Below, one piece after another: positions 37,541 through 50,075 of a DNA stretch of 64,000 nucleotides; position 1 is the first letter of the stretch; the number at the start of each line of letters is the position of its first letter. The position numbers and the translations under genes are program-made. The notes under the pieces were generated by a model, which had not been told where the DNA came from, did not search any database, and worked only from the letters and a program-made list of their open reading frames with translations. This DNA comes from Callorhinchus milii (taxonomy: Eukaryota), in contig NW_024704742.1 of assembly GCF_018977255.1 (NCBI RefSeq), positions 112,904,001-112,968,000 on the forward strand. The letters are read 5' to 3'.

Positions 37541-39572
37541 ACATTTTGGTCTCACTGCACACAATCTGTCCAGCAGAGAGCGGATGTGTTAGGGTCTATG
37601 CAATGTAGGTCATCATGAGAACTGCAGGATCAATTCCATATAATTCTCAATCAACAAAATAATTTGAAATGAATGGTATTTGGGGGAAAGTATAAGACAT
37701 ATTCTGCTAAAATACATACAAAATTCCATAGACCTTTTAGCACAAATATTTCCACACTATAACAGTAAAAACCTTAACTGGTTCTCACTCAGTGCTCCGA
37801 GACTCTGCCCCACGTGAAGGGCACTATATAAATGCAAGCAGTTGTTAGTGTTAACAAGTGGGGTTCAATGCAGTGTATTTTCCTGTTCAAATTCTGTCAT
37901 TTTTGAAGCTTTTAACACCAGTGGTCATCTATGACAAATAGATGACCAAGAGCTGACAAGCTTCAGGTTACTGTTCAAGGACCATCAAGGAAGATTGAGC
38001 AGCAGGCACGTTCTTTAATTCTTCAATTTCAGCTATTGCTGCTTTTAGACATATATATGTATCTCTTGCAGTGTGTGTGTATAGCAAGAAGCAGCTCCCC
38101 TTCTCAGAGATTCTCTCAACTTAGTGCAGAGAAGATGCTTTCCTCTCACTGAGTCCTGGAATCGAGAAGCCTTTGCAATTTGGGAGCAATGTTTCAGAAC
38201 AAAGTTATTGTTGGTAACAGTATAACAGTATTCACTGCACAAGTTTTAATATGTATGATACAACTTCACAATTTGCTAGACATTCTTCTGAGGGGGCGGG
38301 GAAGAATATGCTAAATCTTTACTCAAACTACCAATTTGCAAAAGTCGTATATTTGAAGATCCGTTAGTTTTGAGAAAAAAAATCTGCGTGACTCCATCCA
38401 GAGATCAGAACAAATATTTTCTTTCAAAGCAAAGTACCTGTTCAAAATGCCTGAACAACAAAGGAACAAAATCATACTTACAGATGGTGTGGCCTTTTGC
38501 CAGAGGTAATAGAACGGATAATTGTCATTCATATGCAGGTTGAGTTTGTCCTTCAAAATGTTTGGAGTCACTTGCGTACTATTGTCTGCATTGTGGTCTC
38601 AACGGTCGCTCCTACCCCTGCCTTGTGCAGGACCCAAGCGCTCCGGGACGCTACCTCATGTGAAAGGTGCTACATAAATGAGATTGTTGTTGACCCGTGG
38701 GGTCACTTTGAATGTCCCCAGCATCTCTTTGTTGGAGAACATGTTGATTCTGTGGGTGTCTACTTTCCTCATGGGAACCATGGTGTTGCTGATGTCCTAC
38801 ACCACCCTCCCAACCCCAACAGCCGAACCCCAAGTGATTGGAACTGTTTCCTTTGCCCTATTACTTCTGCAGTATCACTTAGTGTTCTAAACAATGACAC
38901 GTCCCCATGAACCGAGGACTAATGGACATTTTCAGCAGTGGCCTTCTAAATGGGCAGCCTTCCATTGAGAATGCAGGAATGTACAAGTTGCAAGTGGAGG
39001 AAGGATTGCAGCCGGCAAGGATGAGACTATGGCATTCATCACTGCGATTTTGGCAGCGGTCTGCAGAAACAACCCTTCTCTATGTTCTTAAAAAACAAGC
39101 TACAAGGTGAAGCTGACAAGAGGATAAACTACTTCAACCTTACCTTGCTCATGGCTACTGTCTTCAGATTGAGTTACAAGCTCCTTCACAGTTTTACCAA
39201 CTTCACACTTAGGAGAAACTTAGACATTACTTTTTGACTGTGTTGGAAAGATTCTGCATTGAAACAATCACCCCTCAGTTGATTCAGATGAAGATGATAA
39301 AACAACTTCAAGGAACTGCTGCAGGTTCACGATTTGTTGATATGTATATTATTCATGGCTAGAGAATGTTGTCAAAGGCTACCTTTTTTTCATTCTTTAT
39401 ATATTTGTGGTCTCTAGAACATAGAAGAATTGGAGGGGATCTTATAGAAACCTATAAGATCATCAAAGGGCATGATGGAGTAGATAGTGGGAGATTGTTT
39501 CCCCTGGGGAATATGGGGATAAGGCAGGGTCAGATTATTATCTGGAGTTAGATTAGAAGATCAGCCATGATC

Positions 39573-39828
39573 TTCCAGGCACAGGGCGAAACCTTGGGCA
39601 AGTTTCCTTACTCCACACGCCTAATAATAATCCCTCCAAAACCAAAAACAATAATAAATTGGTCATTTTCAATCTACGACTGTTTGTGGGACACTGCTCT
39701 GCGCAATTGGCTGCCGCGTTTGCCCACAAATATACAGTCAATTCACTTTACAATGTGTTCTGTGAAGCGCTTTGGGACGTCCTCCCGACGTGAAAAGCGC
39801 TATATCAAATGCAAGGATTATTATTATT
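39573..39828 (+). mobile_element. 5'-truncated young tRNA-Ala SINE in a CR1 3'UTR
   Basis: Starts at TTCCAGGC; ATGAT on both sides. Confidence 0.9.
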
Positions 39829-39883
39829 ATGATTGAATGGCGGGGCAGGCTCGAAGGGCCGAATGGCCTATTCCTGCTTCTAC

Positions 39884-39981
39884 ATGTTATGTTATGTTTA
39901 TGTTATGTTATGTTATGTTATGTTATGTTATGTTATGTTATGTTATGTTATGTTATGTTATGTTATGTTATGTTATGTTAT
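39884..39981. repeat. (ATGTT)n microsatellite
   Basis: About 19 units directly at the CR1 3' terminus. Confidence 0.95.
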
Positions 39982-40413
39982 TTCTCTGTCTGGCTGTTTA
40001 ACATGGACACTGGACTAATCTTTGTAAGTTGTGTAGATATAGGGGCACAATGATATTAATGGCATTATTTACTCTTTACTTTAAATAAGCCACAATGTGC
40101 TATTATCTTTGCAATAAACTTTCATATGTGGAAATACTTTGATAAATAATTTATATGATATTTATGTATGTAAGTTCTTTATTTCTGTTCATAATTGCCA
40201 TTGTATATGTTCCATTAATTTCAATTGCTGAAACGTTGTCGTCAAAGATCATTACAGGGATCAAACATTTAATAACGATTAGTTGACCCCTTATTATGAT
40301 AGATACACTGGTCATCACAGCGATTCCTGTGATATAGTCAGAATAGTTTGCTTTGCAATGCATTCATTTTAAACTTTGTTTATAATGAGTTAAGAAATAA
40401 AGATTAATGTGAA

Positions 40414-40483
40414 GATTGTATCAAGTATCTTTAAATCACAAGACAACAGATTGTATGAATTATCTTTAAATCACAAGACTACA
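40414..40483. repeat. Imperfect 35-bp tandem duplication
   Basis: GATTGTATCAAGTATCTTTAAATCACAAGACAACA / GATTGTATGAATTATCTTTAAATCACAAGACTACA. Confidence 0.9.
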
Positions 40484-42270
40484 AGAATAGTTTGGATGAA
40501 GAAGTTCCTTTGTCCATTCGATCTCAACCTAGCACTAGGCCCACAAAATACACGGTCAAACTACTTTACAGTATATGCTATGAAGTGCTTTGAGGCACCT
40601 CAACAACATGATAAGAAGCTGTATCAAACGCAAGGATTATTATAATATTATTACATTATTATTATTCCAGAATACCCACCCTACTGTCCTCCCATCACAG
40701 CATTATAATGCATTTTCAATGAGTACAGTATCCTAATCTCAACTTTCCTGGCATCCTGTTCCAGTCACTCATTACACTCTGGGTAAAGAAAAGAGAAGCA
40801 ACTTTTTTAATGAAAACCTTGGCAACGGTTCAAGGCTCATAGTATATCATACCATCACAGTTGAACAAAATGGAATAAAATGTTAGATGTCAGAAGAAAT
40901 GGTTAGATGATGCCAAAGTTCAACCATTCTAACCACGCTTTATGGAACTCCTCCTCACCTCATCCCCTCCCCTCCCTCCCGATTTTTAATGCCCACCTTA
41001 AGACCTTTGGTCACCTTTCCTCTCCTCCTTACTCAGGGCCCCCACTCACCAGTTCAGGCTCCCAGTTGGCTGTGAAGCACTTTGAGATGTCCTCCTAACT
41101 CTAAAGATGCTGCATACATGTAAAATTTATGTAGAATTATTGCTGTTGAACTGGTAGTTTTATCTATCAACATAAATATGCCTCAATATGTCTGCTTTAA
41201 GAATGCTTTGAACCACCAGTCTCACAATTCCATCGAGTATCAGCCTTTCAGACGATTTTGTCCTATGTTTTACGATTGTAAAAAATTCTTTAATCAAGTC
41301 TTCATTTGGAATTGGGTTATTTTTAAAAACTATGATTTTCAATTTGAATTGAATTTTTCTCCACAATTCTGCACAATCTTATATTTTAAGATAATACAGT
41401 TTCAGAGGGTGAGACCATGATGAATTTCAGGCTATTATTCATTGTGAGCTTTGAATAGGATAGCCAAGAAATCCAAAGAAATTGATAAGTGTCCAAGCAC
41501 TTCCCTTTATAATTTTAGGATTAAGCAATAATTCATCACAGAATATTTCCCCTTTAATAAAACAATGTGATTTCAAAAAGTGCACATCAATAAATCAAAT
41601 CCAAGGACTATTCTTAGGAGAAAATGTACACTGGAGCTGTATTTATTGGGCTTGGATTTAGGCTAGGTGCCCTGCTGCTTCTCAATGCTAACATCAATTA
41701 ATAGTCAAGTGCATCCATACGGAAAAGATAGCAACACACATCCCTGCATTTAAAAGGCTTTAGAATTTTGCTCTTCTGTCATGCAAGGCTGCCATCTGAA
41801 GCTTGTAAATTTCTGGTGAATGTGATCACATATGTTTCCACTATTGTGCGCAACAGTGGCATTGTAATGCACAAATTGGCTGCCGTGTGCGACTACAAAT
41901 ACACAGTTACTTTATAGTATACCTATGAAGTACTTTGAGATGTCTTCCTGACATGAAAATCATTATATTAAATACAAATATTATTATTATTTATAGTACA
42001 TTTCTGCAGCTGATGCTTGAAATTAAAATTCCCAAAATATATGTTGTTAATTTTTAAGGAAGAGGGAATTACTGAAGCAAAGATACAGATCCATTGTTGT
42101 GTAAGATTCTGGTGAAAGCAACAGTACAAGGCAGGTTTTCCTTAAAAGAGATTATTCATTAAAACAAATGACTCAGAGGGGACCTCATAGAGATGTACAA
42201 CATTTTAAATGGCCTGGAAAAAGTAAACATAGATCAATACGTTAGAATGCAACAAGAGAATAGAATAAGT

Positions 42271-42588
42271 GGAGTCCTGTAGGTCAGTGGTTAGAGCACT
42301 TGCTTTGCAAGCAAGACACCTGGGTTCAATTCCAGGCAGGGCGAAACCTTGGGCAAGTTTCCTTACTCCACACGCCTAATAATAATCCCTCCAAAAAACC
42401 CAAAACAATAATAAATTGGTCATTTTCAATCTACGACTGTTTGTGGGACATTGCTGTGCGCAAATTGGCTGCCGCGTTCGCCCACAAATATACAGTCAAT
42501 TCACTTTACAGTATATTCTGTGAAGCGCTTTGGGACGTCCTCCCGACGTGAAAAGCGCTATATCAAATGCAAGGATTATTATTATTAT
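42271..42588 (+). mobile_element. Young tRNA-Ala SINE at the duplication junction (hybrid)
   Basis: Full length; shares the GTAGGTCAG variant with the 44377 copy but differs downstream. Confidence 0.92.
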
Positions 42589-44376
42589 AATAGTTTGGAT
42601 GAAGAAGTTCCTTTGTCCATTCGATCTCAACCTAGCACTAGGCCCACAAAATACACGGTCAAACTACTTTACAGTATATGCTATGAAGTGCTTTGAGGCA
42701 CCTCAACAACATGATAAGAAGCTGTATCAAACGCAAGGATTATTATAATATTATTACATTATTATTATTCCAGAATACCCACCCTACTGTCCTCCCATCA
42801 CAGCATTATAATGCATTTTCAATGAGTACAGTATCCTAATCTCAACTTTCCTGGCATCCTGTTCCAGTCACTCATTACACTCTGGGTAAAGAAAAGAGAA
42901 GCAACTTTTTTAATGAAAACCTTGGCAACGGTTCAAGGCTCATAGTATATCATACCATCACAGTTGAACAAAATGGAATAAAATGTTAGATGTCAGAAGA
43001 AATGGTTAGATGATGCCAAAGTTCAACCATTCTAACCACGCTTTATGGAACTCCTCCTCACCTCATCCCCTCCCCTCCCTCCCGATTTTTAATGCCCACC
43101 TTAAGACCTTTGGTCACCTTTCCTCTCCTCCTTACTCAGGGCCCCCACTCACCAGTTCAGGCTCCCAGTTGGCTGTGAAGCACTTTGAGATGTCCTCCTA
43201 ACTCTAAAGATGCTGCATACATGTAAAATTTATGTAGAATTATTGCTGTTGAACTGGTAGTTTTATCTATCAACATAAATATGCCTCAATATGTCTGCTT
43301 TAAGAATGCTTTGAACCACCAGTCTCACAATTCCATCGAGTATCAGCCTTTCAGACGATTTTGTCCTATGTTTTACGATTGTAAAAAATTCTTTAATCAA
43401 GTCTTCATTTGGAATTGGGTTATTTTTTAAAAACTATGATTTTCAATTTGAATTGAATTTTTCTCCACAATTCTGCACAATCTTATATTTTAAGATAATA
43501 CAGTTTCAGAGGGTGAGACCATGATGAATTTCAGGCTATTATTCATTGTGAGCTTTGAATAGGATAGCCAAGAAATCCAAAGAAATTGATAAGTGTCCAA
43601 GCACTTCCCTTTATAATTTTAGGATTAAGCAATAATTCATCACAGAATATTNCCCCTTTAATAAAACAATGTGATTTCAAAAAGTGCACATCAATAAATC
43701 AAATCCAAGGACTATTCTTAGGAGAAAATGTACACTGGAGCTGTATTTATTGGGCTTGGATTTAGGCTAGGTGCCCTGCTGCTTCTCAATGCTAACATCA
43801 ATTAATAGTCAAGTGCATCCATACGGAAAAGATAGCAACACACATCCCTGCATTTAAAAGGGCTTTAGAATTTTGCTCTTCTGTCATGCAAGGCTGCCAT
43901 CTGAAGCTTGTAAATTTCTGGTGAATGTGATCACATATGTTTCCACTATTGTGCGCAACAGTGGCATTGTAATGCACAAATTGGCTGCCGTGTGCGACTA
44001 CAAAATACACAGTTACTTTATAGTATACCTATGAAGTACTTTGAGATGTCTTCCTGACATGAAAATCATTATATTAAATACAAATATTATTATTATTTAT
44101 AGTACATTTCTGCAGCTGATGCTTGAAATTAAAATTCCCAAAATATATGTTGTTAATTTTTAAGGAAGAGGGAATTACTGAAGCAAAGATACAGATCCAT
44201 TGTTGTGTAAGATTCTGGTGAAAGCAACAGTACAAGGCAGGTTTTCCTTAAAAGAGATTATTCATTAAAACAAATGACTCAGAGGGGACCTCATAGAGAT
44301 GTACAACATTTTAAATGGCCTGGAAAAAGTAAACATAGATCAATACGTTAGAATGCAACAAGAGAATAGAATAAGT

Positions 44377-44690
44377 GGAGTCCTGTAGGTCAGTGGTTAG
44401 AGCACTCGCTTTGCAAGCGAGAGACCATAGTTCAATTCCAGGCAGGGCGAAACCTTTGGCAAGTTTCCTTACTCCACATGCCTAATAATAATCCCTCCAA
44501 AACTAAAAACAATAATAAATTGGTCATTTTCAATCTACGACTGTTTGTGGGACATTGCTGTGCACAATTGGCTGCCGCGTTCGCCCACAAATATACAGTC
44601 AATTCACTTTACAGTCTGTTCTGTGAAGCGCTTTGGGACGTCCTCCTGACGTGAAAAACGCTATATCAAATACAAGGATTATTATTATTA
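44377..44690 (+). mobile_element. Young tRNA-Ala SINE inserted in an old CR1 3' fragment
   Basis: ATAAG on both sides; CR1-like sequence resumes at 44692. Confidence 0.92.
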
Positions 44691-44931
44691 TAAGAGGAAA
44701 TAATGGTTTAGAATTGTAACGAGCAATTTCAGGACAGATGCCAAGAAGTTTTTCTTCCCTCAGAGGGTAATCAACGACTAGAACAGGTTGCCAGGAAAGT
44801 AGTTTGAGATCACAACACTGGACTCATTAAATACAATATTACATTTGTATAGCACCTTTCATGTCATGCCGAAGACTCATTAAAAAAGCAACTCGATGCT
44901 ATGATAGGGAGGTGATCATAGCATCAAGTTA

Positions 44932-45001
44932 CAGCGCCTTGGGACGTCCTCCCGACGTAAAAGGCGCTCTATAAATGGAATCTTGTTGTTGTTGTTGTTG
45001 T
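44932..45001 (+). mobile_element. Ultra-short L2 3' terminus (hairpin and tail)
   Basis: CAGCGCCTTGGGACGTCCTCCCGACGTAAAAGGCGCTCTATAAATGGAATCT(TGT)n. Confidence 0.88.
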
Positions 45002-45399
45002 AGTCGGGTGGGTGTTTTAGAAGGATGAGATTGGATGGCCTGAAGGGCCTTCTTGATCCAAACTAATCCTGTGATCTTGTGTAGAAAAGGATAGCAACAA
45101 TATTTGATAAAGGGAAGTTCCATTCAAATTTCGATCAAACATAATTGTGTAACAACTACGACACCGTTAGCACTTTGGGACATCCTCGTGATGTGAAAGG
45201 CGCTATATAAATGTAAATTCTATTGTATTGTACTTATTCAACATGGCAAGGTAATTGAACAAATTATTAAATTATATTAGGGTTAAAAATGCAATGTTTG
45301 ATAATAGATTCAATGTGATAATGATTATGTTGAAGCTGGTATGAATTATCACATTTTATTGAATTGCTGTTAGCATTCACTCAGCCCAGGTCACTGGTA

Positions 45400-45790
45400 G
45401 GATCAGCATTTATTGTCCATGCCTGTTTGCCCTGAGAAGGTGGTGGTGGACCTTCTCTTTAAACTACCTAGTTTTTTGTGACAATATTGTTCCAACAATG
45501 GTATGGGGTAGGAGTTCCAGGTTTTTGACCCAGCAACAAAAAAGGAATTGTGATATATCTCGACAGCAGGATGGTGAGTAACTGGGAGGGGAACTTGGGG
45601 CCAGTGTCCCCTTGATACCACTGTTCTTGTTTAGGTTGATGAAGGTGACATGGTTGAGCGATAATATTGAAACACACTTGTTGAGTTGCTGTGGTGGATT
45701 TTGCAGATAGGACATACTGCAGCTACAGTACATCGACGAGAGAGGAAGTGAACCTTGGTTTTTGGAGACTGGGCTGTCAATCAAATGAGC
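45400..45790 (-). mobile_element. Old non-LTR retrotransposon 3' end of a distinct family
   Basis: Minus strand SFFVAGSKTWNS-like ORF end, then CCACCACCACCTTCTCAGGGCAAACAGGCATGGACAATAAATGCTG; related terminus at ~7158-7208 (+). Confidence 0.55.
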
Positions 45791-45996
45791 TCCTTTCTCC
45801 TCGTCAGAGTTGTAAAGGGCAATTTCAGCTTAGACACCAGGGTAATCGAAGACTGAAACAGGTTACTAGTAAAGGTGGTGGAGGACAGGGGCACTAGACT
45901 CATTTAAAAAGCAGCTTGATACAGTGATGAGGGGATGGTAGGGTGAGTGTTCTGGAGAGATGAGATCCGATGGGCCAATGAGTCTTCTTCATCCAG

Positions 45997-46578
45997 ACAA
46001 CACCAAAATGACATTTATAGAGCGCCTTTCATGAAGGGAGGACGTCCCAAAGTGCTGAACAGTCAGATGTTGGGGCCCGAGCATAGGGGAGGGTGGTGTA
46101 GGGGTAAGGGAAGGCAGAGAGGTAGGAGGGTGACAAAAGGCATGATCAAAGAGAAGGAGGCAAGGGAGGCGAAGGGACCATGGGATGGAGTTCCAGAGCG
46201 TGGGGGCAGACAAGCTGAAAGCCCGGCCACCGATGGATGGCCTTGAAAGTGAGGACAAGGATCTTGAACTCGATCCTCTGGGGGATGGGGAGCCAGTGGA
46301 GTTGGGTGAGGGTGGGAGTGATGGAGTCACGGAGCCTGGTGTGTGAGAGTACGCGGCCTGCAGAGTTTTGGATGATCTGCAGTTTGTGAAGGGAAGAGTT
46401 GGGTAGGCCGATGAGGAGGGAGTTTCCGTAACCGAGCCTTGAGGTAACAAATGAGAGGGTGAGGGCTTTAACAGCCTGAGGGGTGAGGCAATAGCGGAGA
46501 CTGGCAATGTTGCGGATGTGGTGGTAGGCAGCGCCGGTCATGGCGCGGATGTGGGGGAAAAAGGACAATTCAGGGTCA
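45997..46578 (-). mobile_element. L2 3' fragment with internal deletions, inserted in an old CR1 3'UTR
   Basis: [32 protein letters not shown]; host CR1 ..TTCATCCAGAC|AATCCTGTGATCTTG continues across it. Confidence 0.88.
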
Positions 46579-46619
46579 ATCCTGTGATCTTGTGGGATAG
46601 TGCTGAGCTTCTCCAAATA

Positions 46620-47050
46620 CTGATTTGGTGGCTCCAAGTCATACCACAATACATAGTCTGAGGTCCCCAGATTTAGCTAAAAAGGGTTGTATTCTGAAAC
46701 CATAAGAAAGAGTCCCTGCTGGGAGGGAGCTTGTATTCCAGACACAAGGAAAATTCCATGTCAATGTTGCATACAGATGTGGAACTCTCAGTCTATTTTG
46801 GATACTTAAGCATGGGGATAGGATTCCACATGTGTCAGACACCAACAAAAAAGGCTCTCTGAGTGAAATTGGCACATTAGTGTCAATTTATACTGTGAGA
46901 TTGCACAGGTTGTTTTGTAGCTGACCAAATTCATTTCACGGATGATCTTTACACGCTGGCAGACAGAAGAGGTGTTCTTGCTATCAGCTTTGACTCCAGC
47001 CCCAGAAGTGAAAGGAATTGTGTGATAACTAGTTGAGTCACTCAGTTCTC
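46620..47050 (-). repeat. Unclassified old repeat, copy 4, with a degenerate tRNA-like / LF-SINE-like 5' portion
   Basis: Shares its core with 2918, 10745 and 12470; upstream CCTTTCACTTCTGGGG..GTGAAATGAATTTGG..AATTGACACTAATGTGCC. Confidence 0.6.
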
Positions 47051-47585
47051 TGCCTATTGTCCTTATTTATTTTACCCTTCCCTTATTTTATTTTGAAAAC
47101 TTGACAATAAAATGTCATTTGAGTGAATATTTTTCAAAGATGGTCTAAAGCATGGTCAAAGAGGAAGGTCAAGAAAAGGAAACTCCAGGATGGATCTCCC
47201 AAGAGTGGGGGCAGATATGTGAAAACGCGGACATCAATGGCGAGGTGGGGGATATGAAACAGGCTGGTGTCACTGAGCGAAGAGAGTGGCAGGATTGGCA
47301 GAATTTATACTCATATTAAAACAAAATGTATTATAATGGGGTCCCGATGTATTGCACAAAATATAATTATGGTCAAGTTCCTTCAGTGTTCATTACTGTT
47401 GATGCAGGATCAATATTTATATGGTTCAACTTGGGATTAGCCTCATGAAAATTATATTCAATAAGTAAACATTTTGCTATCAAGGCACAGCACAAATCAA
47501 TTCTTTGGTGAACACAAAGTATGCTGAAAGACCAAAGAAAAGAATATTCATGTGAATACGGCGTAAAAAAAAAGAACACATCAAT

Positions 47586-48028
47586 ACAACAACAACAACA
47601 ACAACAAGATTCCATTTATAGAGCGCCTTTCACGTCGGGAGGACGTCCCAAGGCGCTGGACAGTTGGGTCAGGACCCGAGCAGGGGGGAAATGGTCAGGG
47701 TGAGGGGAGGGAAGGAGCGAGGAGGGGGTAGAGAGTCGAGAAAGGAGTTGAAGGCACGGTCAAAGAGAAAGGGCTTGAGACCGGCCTTGAAGGAGGAAAG
47801 GGAGGAGGCGGCGAAGGCACTGGGGGATAGAGTTCCAGAGCCTAGGGGCTGAGAGGCTGAAGGCCCGGCCACTGACAGTAGGGCGGTTGGGGTGGGGGAT
47901 GTGGAGCAGACCGGAGCCAGAGGAACGGAAGGTACGGGCAGGTAAGTAGGGGGATAGTAGGTCGGAGAGGTAGGAGGGAGCAAGGCCGTGAATGGCCTTG
48001 TAGGTGAGGAGGAGGATCTTGAATTCGA
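47586..48028 (-). mobile_element. Young L2 3' fragment
   Basis: Highly similar to 461-1243; (CAA)n on +. Confidence 0.92.
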
Positions 48029-48463
48029 ATTCAAGTATACAGTTTTTATTGTCATGGTTTCAGGATAGGCTGATGGGAATTAATCCTCCTGATGTTCAGT
48101 TGCTTGATCCAAATTCAATTAAATTCACTGGACCTGATCCTGGAACAGAAAGCACTTGGAAAATAAGTCAGCTTCCTGGAAAGTTCACCTCCCTGAGGCC
48201 TAAAATTCTTTAGCCTGCAAGATCATTTTGTCTTAAAATTTTAAGAGTGTGTGCTCCATTCCAGACAAAACTGTTTGTGCATTTGTGAGATTCTCAGTGG
48301 TTTATTTTGTATAATCTTAAGGATGGCGATGAGTTCTGCCTATGCCAGACACCAGCTGATCTCCAAAAAAAATCCAAATGTATGTTTTCATGTATAATTC
48401 TTCACTCTATATAACATTTTTCTTTGTCTTTGTGGAAAGTTTTTGCCTGCATCCAGTTATCCA

Positions 48464-48748
48464 TGCAAGCGAGAGACCTGAGTTCAATTCCAGGCAGGGT
48501 GAAACCTTGGGCAAGTTTCCTTACTCCACACGCCTAAGAATAATCCCTCCAAAAAAAAAACAATAATAAATTGGTCATTTTCAATCTACGACTGTTTGTG
48601 GGACATTGCTTTGCGCAATTGGCTGCCGCGTTCGCCCACTAATATACAGTCAATTCACTTTACAGTTTATTCTGTGAAGCACTTTGAGACATCGAGAAGA
48701 CATTAAAAGCGCTATATCAAATGCAAGGATTATTATTATTATTATTAT
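48464..48748 (+). mobile_element. tRNA-Ala SINE, slightly 5'-truncated (GAGAA loop)
   Basis: Starts in the anticodon loop; ATT tail. Confidence 0.9.
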
Positions 48749-50075
48749 CGCACTTATAAATGGCCGACCCCAGGTTTTCAGGTTGCCATAGCCATCATTT
48801 TCTATTTGCCTCACATGCATGAAGCAGGAAGTGACATCAGCAGTCACCTGATGAGCCATTTTGCACAAAGGTATTTCCAGGTGATCAAATCTCTGCCAAC
48901 ATTATTTTCCATGTGCGCATAGTGCACAGGAAGTGATGTTAGGGTGACTTAATGACCTGGAAGTCAGCTATTTTAGGACAAGATTCAGCGTGCTGGAAGT
49001 GAATGTATGCAGTAAACAGGATCCACTCTCCATCCACATTATATCTGACTCCATGCTATAAAGAAATGGGTTATCATGGGACTGTACTATAAGTATATCT
49101 CATAACTTGGACAATAAATTGCATCTCTTTTAATATACAGCATAATTTTTATATTCGACAATTGATAAGCCACTATAACGACACGTTAAATAATACAACA
49201 CACCACAGCTTTCACTGTTATAGGGGAAGTCTTTTTCTTTCAGGTTCTATCAATGGCTATAAAAACTTCTAAAATTACATTTTATCTGTAGTGATAAACC
49301 CTCACTTTTCTCTGTTACCTGTGACCTGCCTTTTCCATTCTCTTCAGTCATGTCTCAGATTGTGATGTGTCCATCCCAGAATGACTCCATTAAGCTTAAT
49401 GGGGTCAGGCAGGCCAGGCAGTCTGTCTGACTGCAGGAAAGTGCAATAATGACAGTATCCCTGTTGAACTGAATGTCACATCCCTAGGATGGTAACTCTG
49501 TAAAATTGATCATTAGAGCAGCCTAGCAGTAGAAGAGAATTTGTTTGGTTCCAGGCTCTCTTGATTGGTCTGAAATTCAATCTAGTCTTAAATTGTAAGA
49601 TCATTCCTGTAGACATGAGAGAGAAGAGAGAATAGAGGGGTATGTGGGAAGGCTAAGGAGGGGGATTAGGAAGGGTAGATGCTCATGCAGAGTATAAACA
49701 CCATCCTGGACTAGTTGAGCCTAATGGCCTGCTTTGGTGCTGTAGATCCTATATACTGTAATTTTAAATAACTTGCTTTAAAATGGATGACTGCTCCGAA
49801 ATGTGGAAAATTCATGTATTTAACTCTAATTTGGAAGATATTTTTAAAACATTGGAAAGTAATGTTTGAAAATTAACACTAAATTGATGAATTCTTGTTA
49901 ATTATGTGCAATCATAAATTTTAAGACAACATGATCTAACAGGTTAAGAATAGGTGGATTCTCAGGACTTCTGAGTACATGTACTAGGAAGTATTGTAGA
50001 TGATACAAGTTCTTGGACAAATGGAATTAACCTGTTACAGTGTTTTACTCCCTTAATGAATGCAGATGTCATTTT

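Larger units (their letters stand above)
39408..39981 (+). mobile_element. CR1 3' end (second subfamily) with nested SINE and expanded terminal microsatellite
   Basis: SLEHRRIGGDLIETYKII; 3'UTR as in 60682-61085; internal deletion after LFPLG. Confidence 0.85.
40486..44690. repeat. ~2.1-kb tandem duplication (40486-42588 / 42589-44690)
   Basis: Both units start AATAGTTTGGATGAAG and end in a SINE; by eye the non-SINE parts differ only by homopolymer length and an N at 43652. Confidence 0.95.

Noticed and set aside
37922..37948. 11-bp perfect hairpin (also a 10-bp stem near 22672-22694)
   Set aside because: Short and unsupported by context; compatible with chance or a local inversion
39772..40053. 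ORFs with (CYVML)n repeats
   Set aside because: Translation of the (ATGTT)n microsatellite
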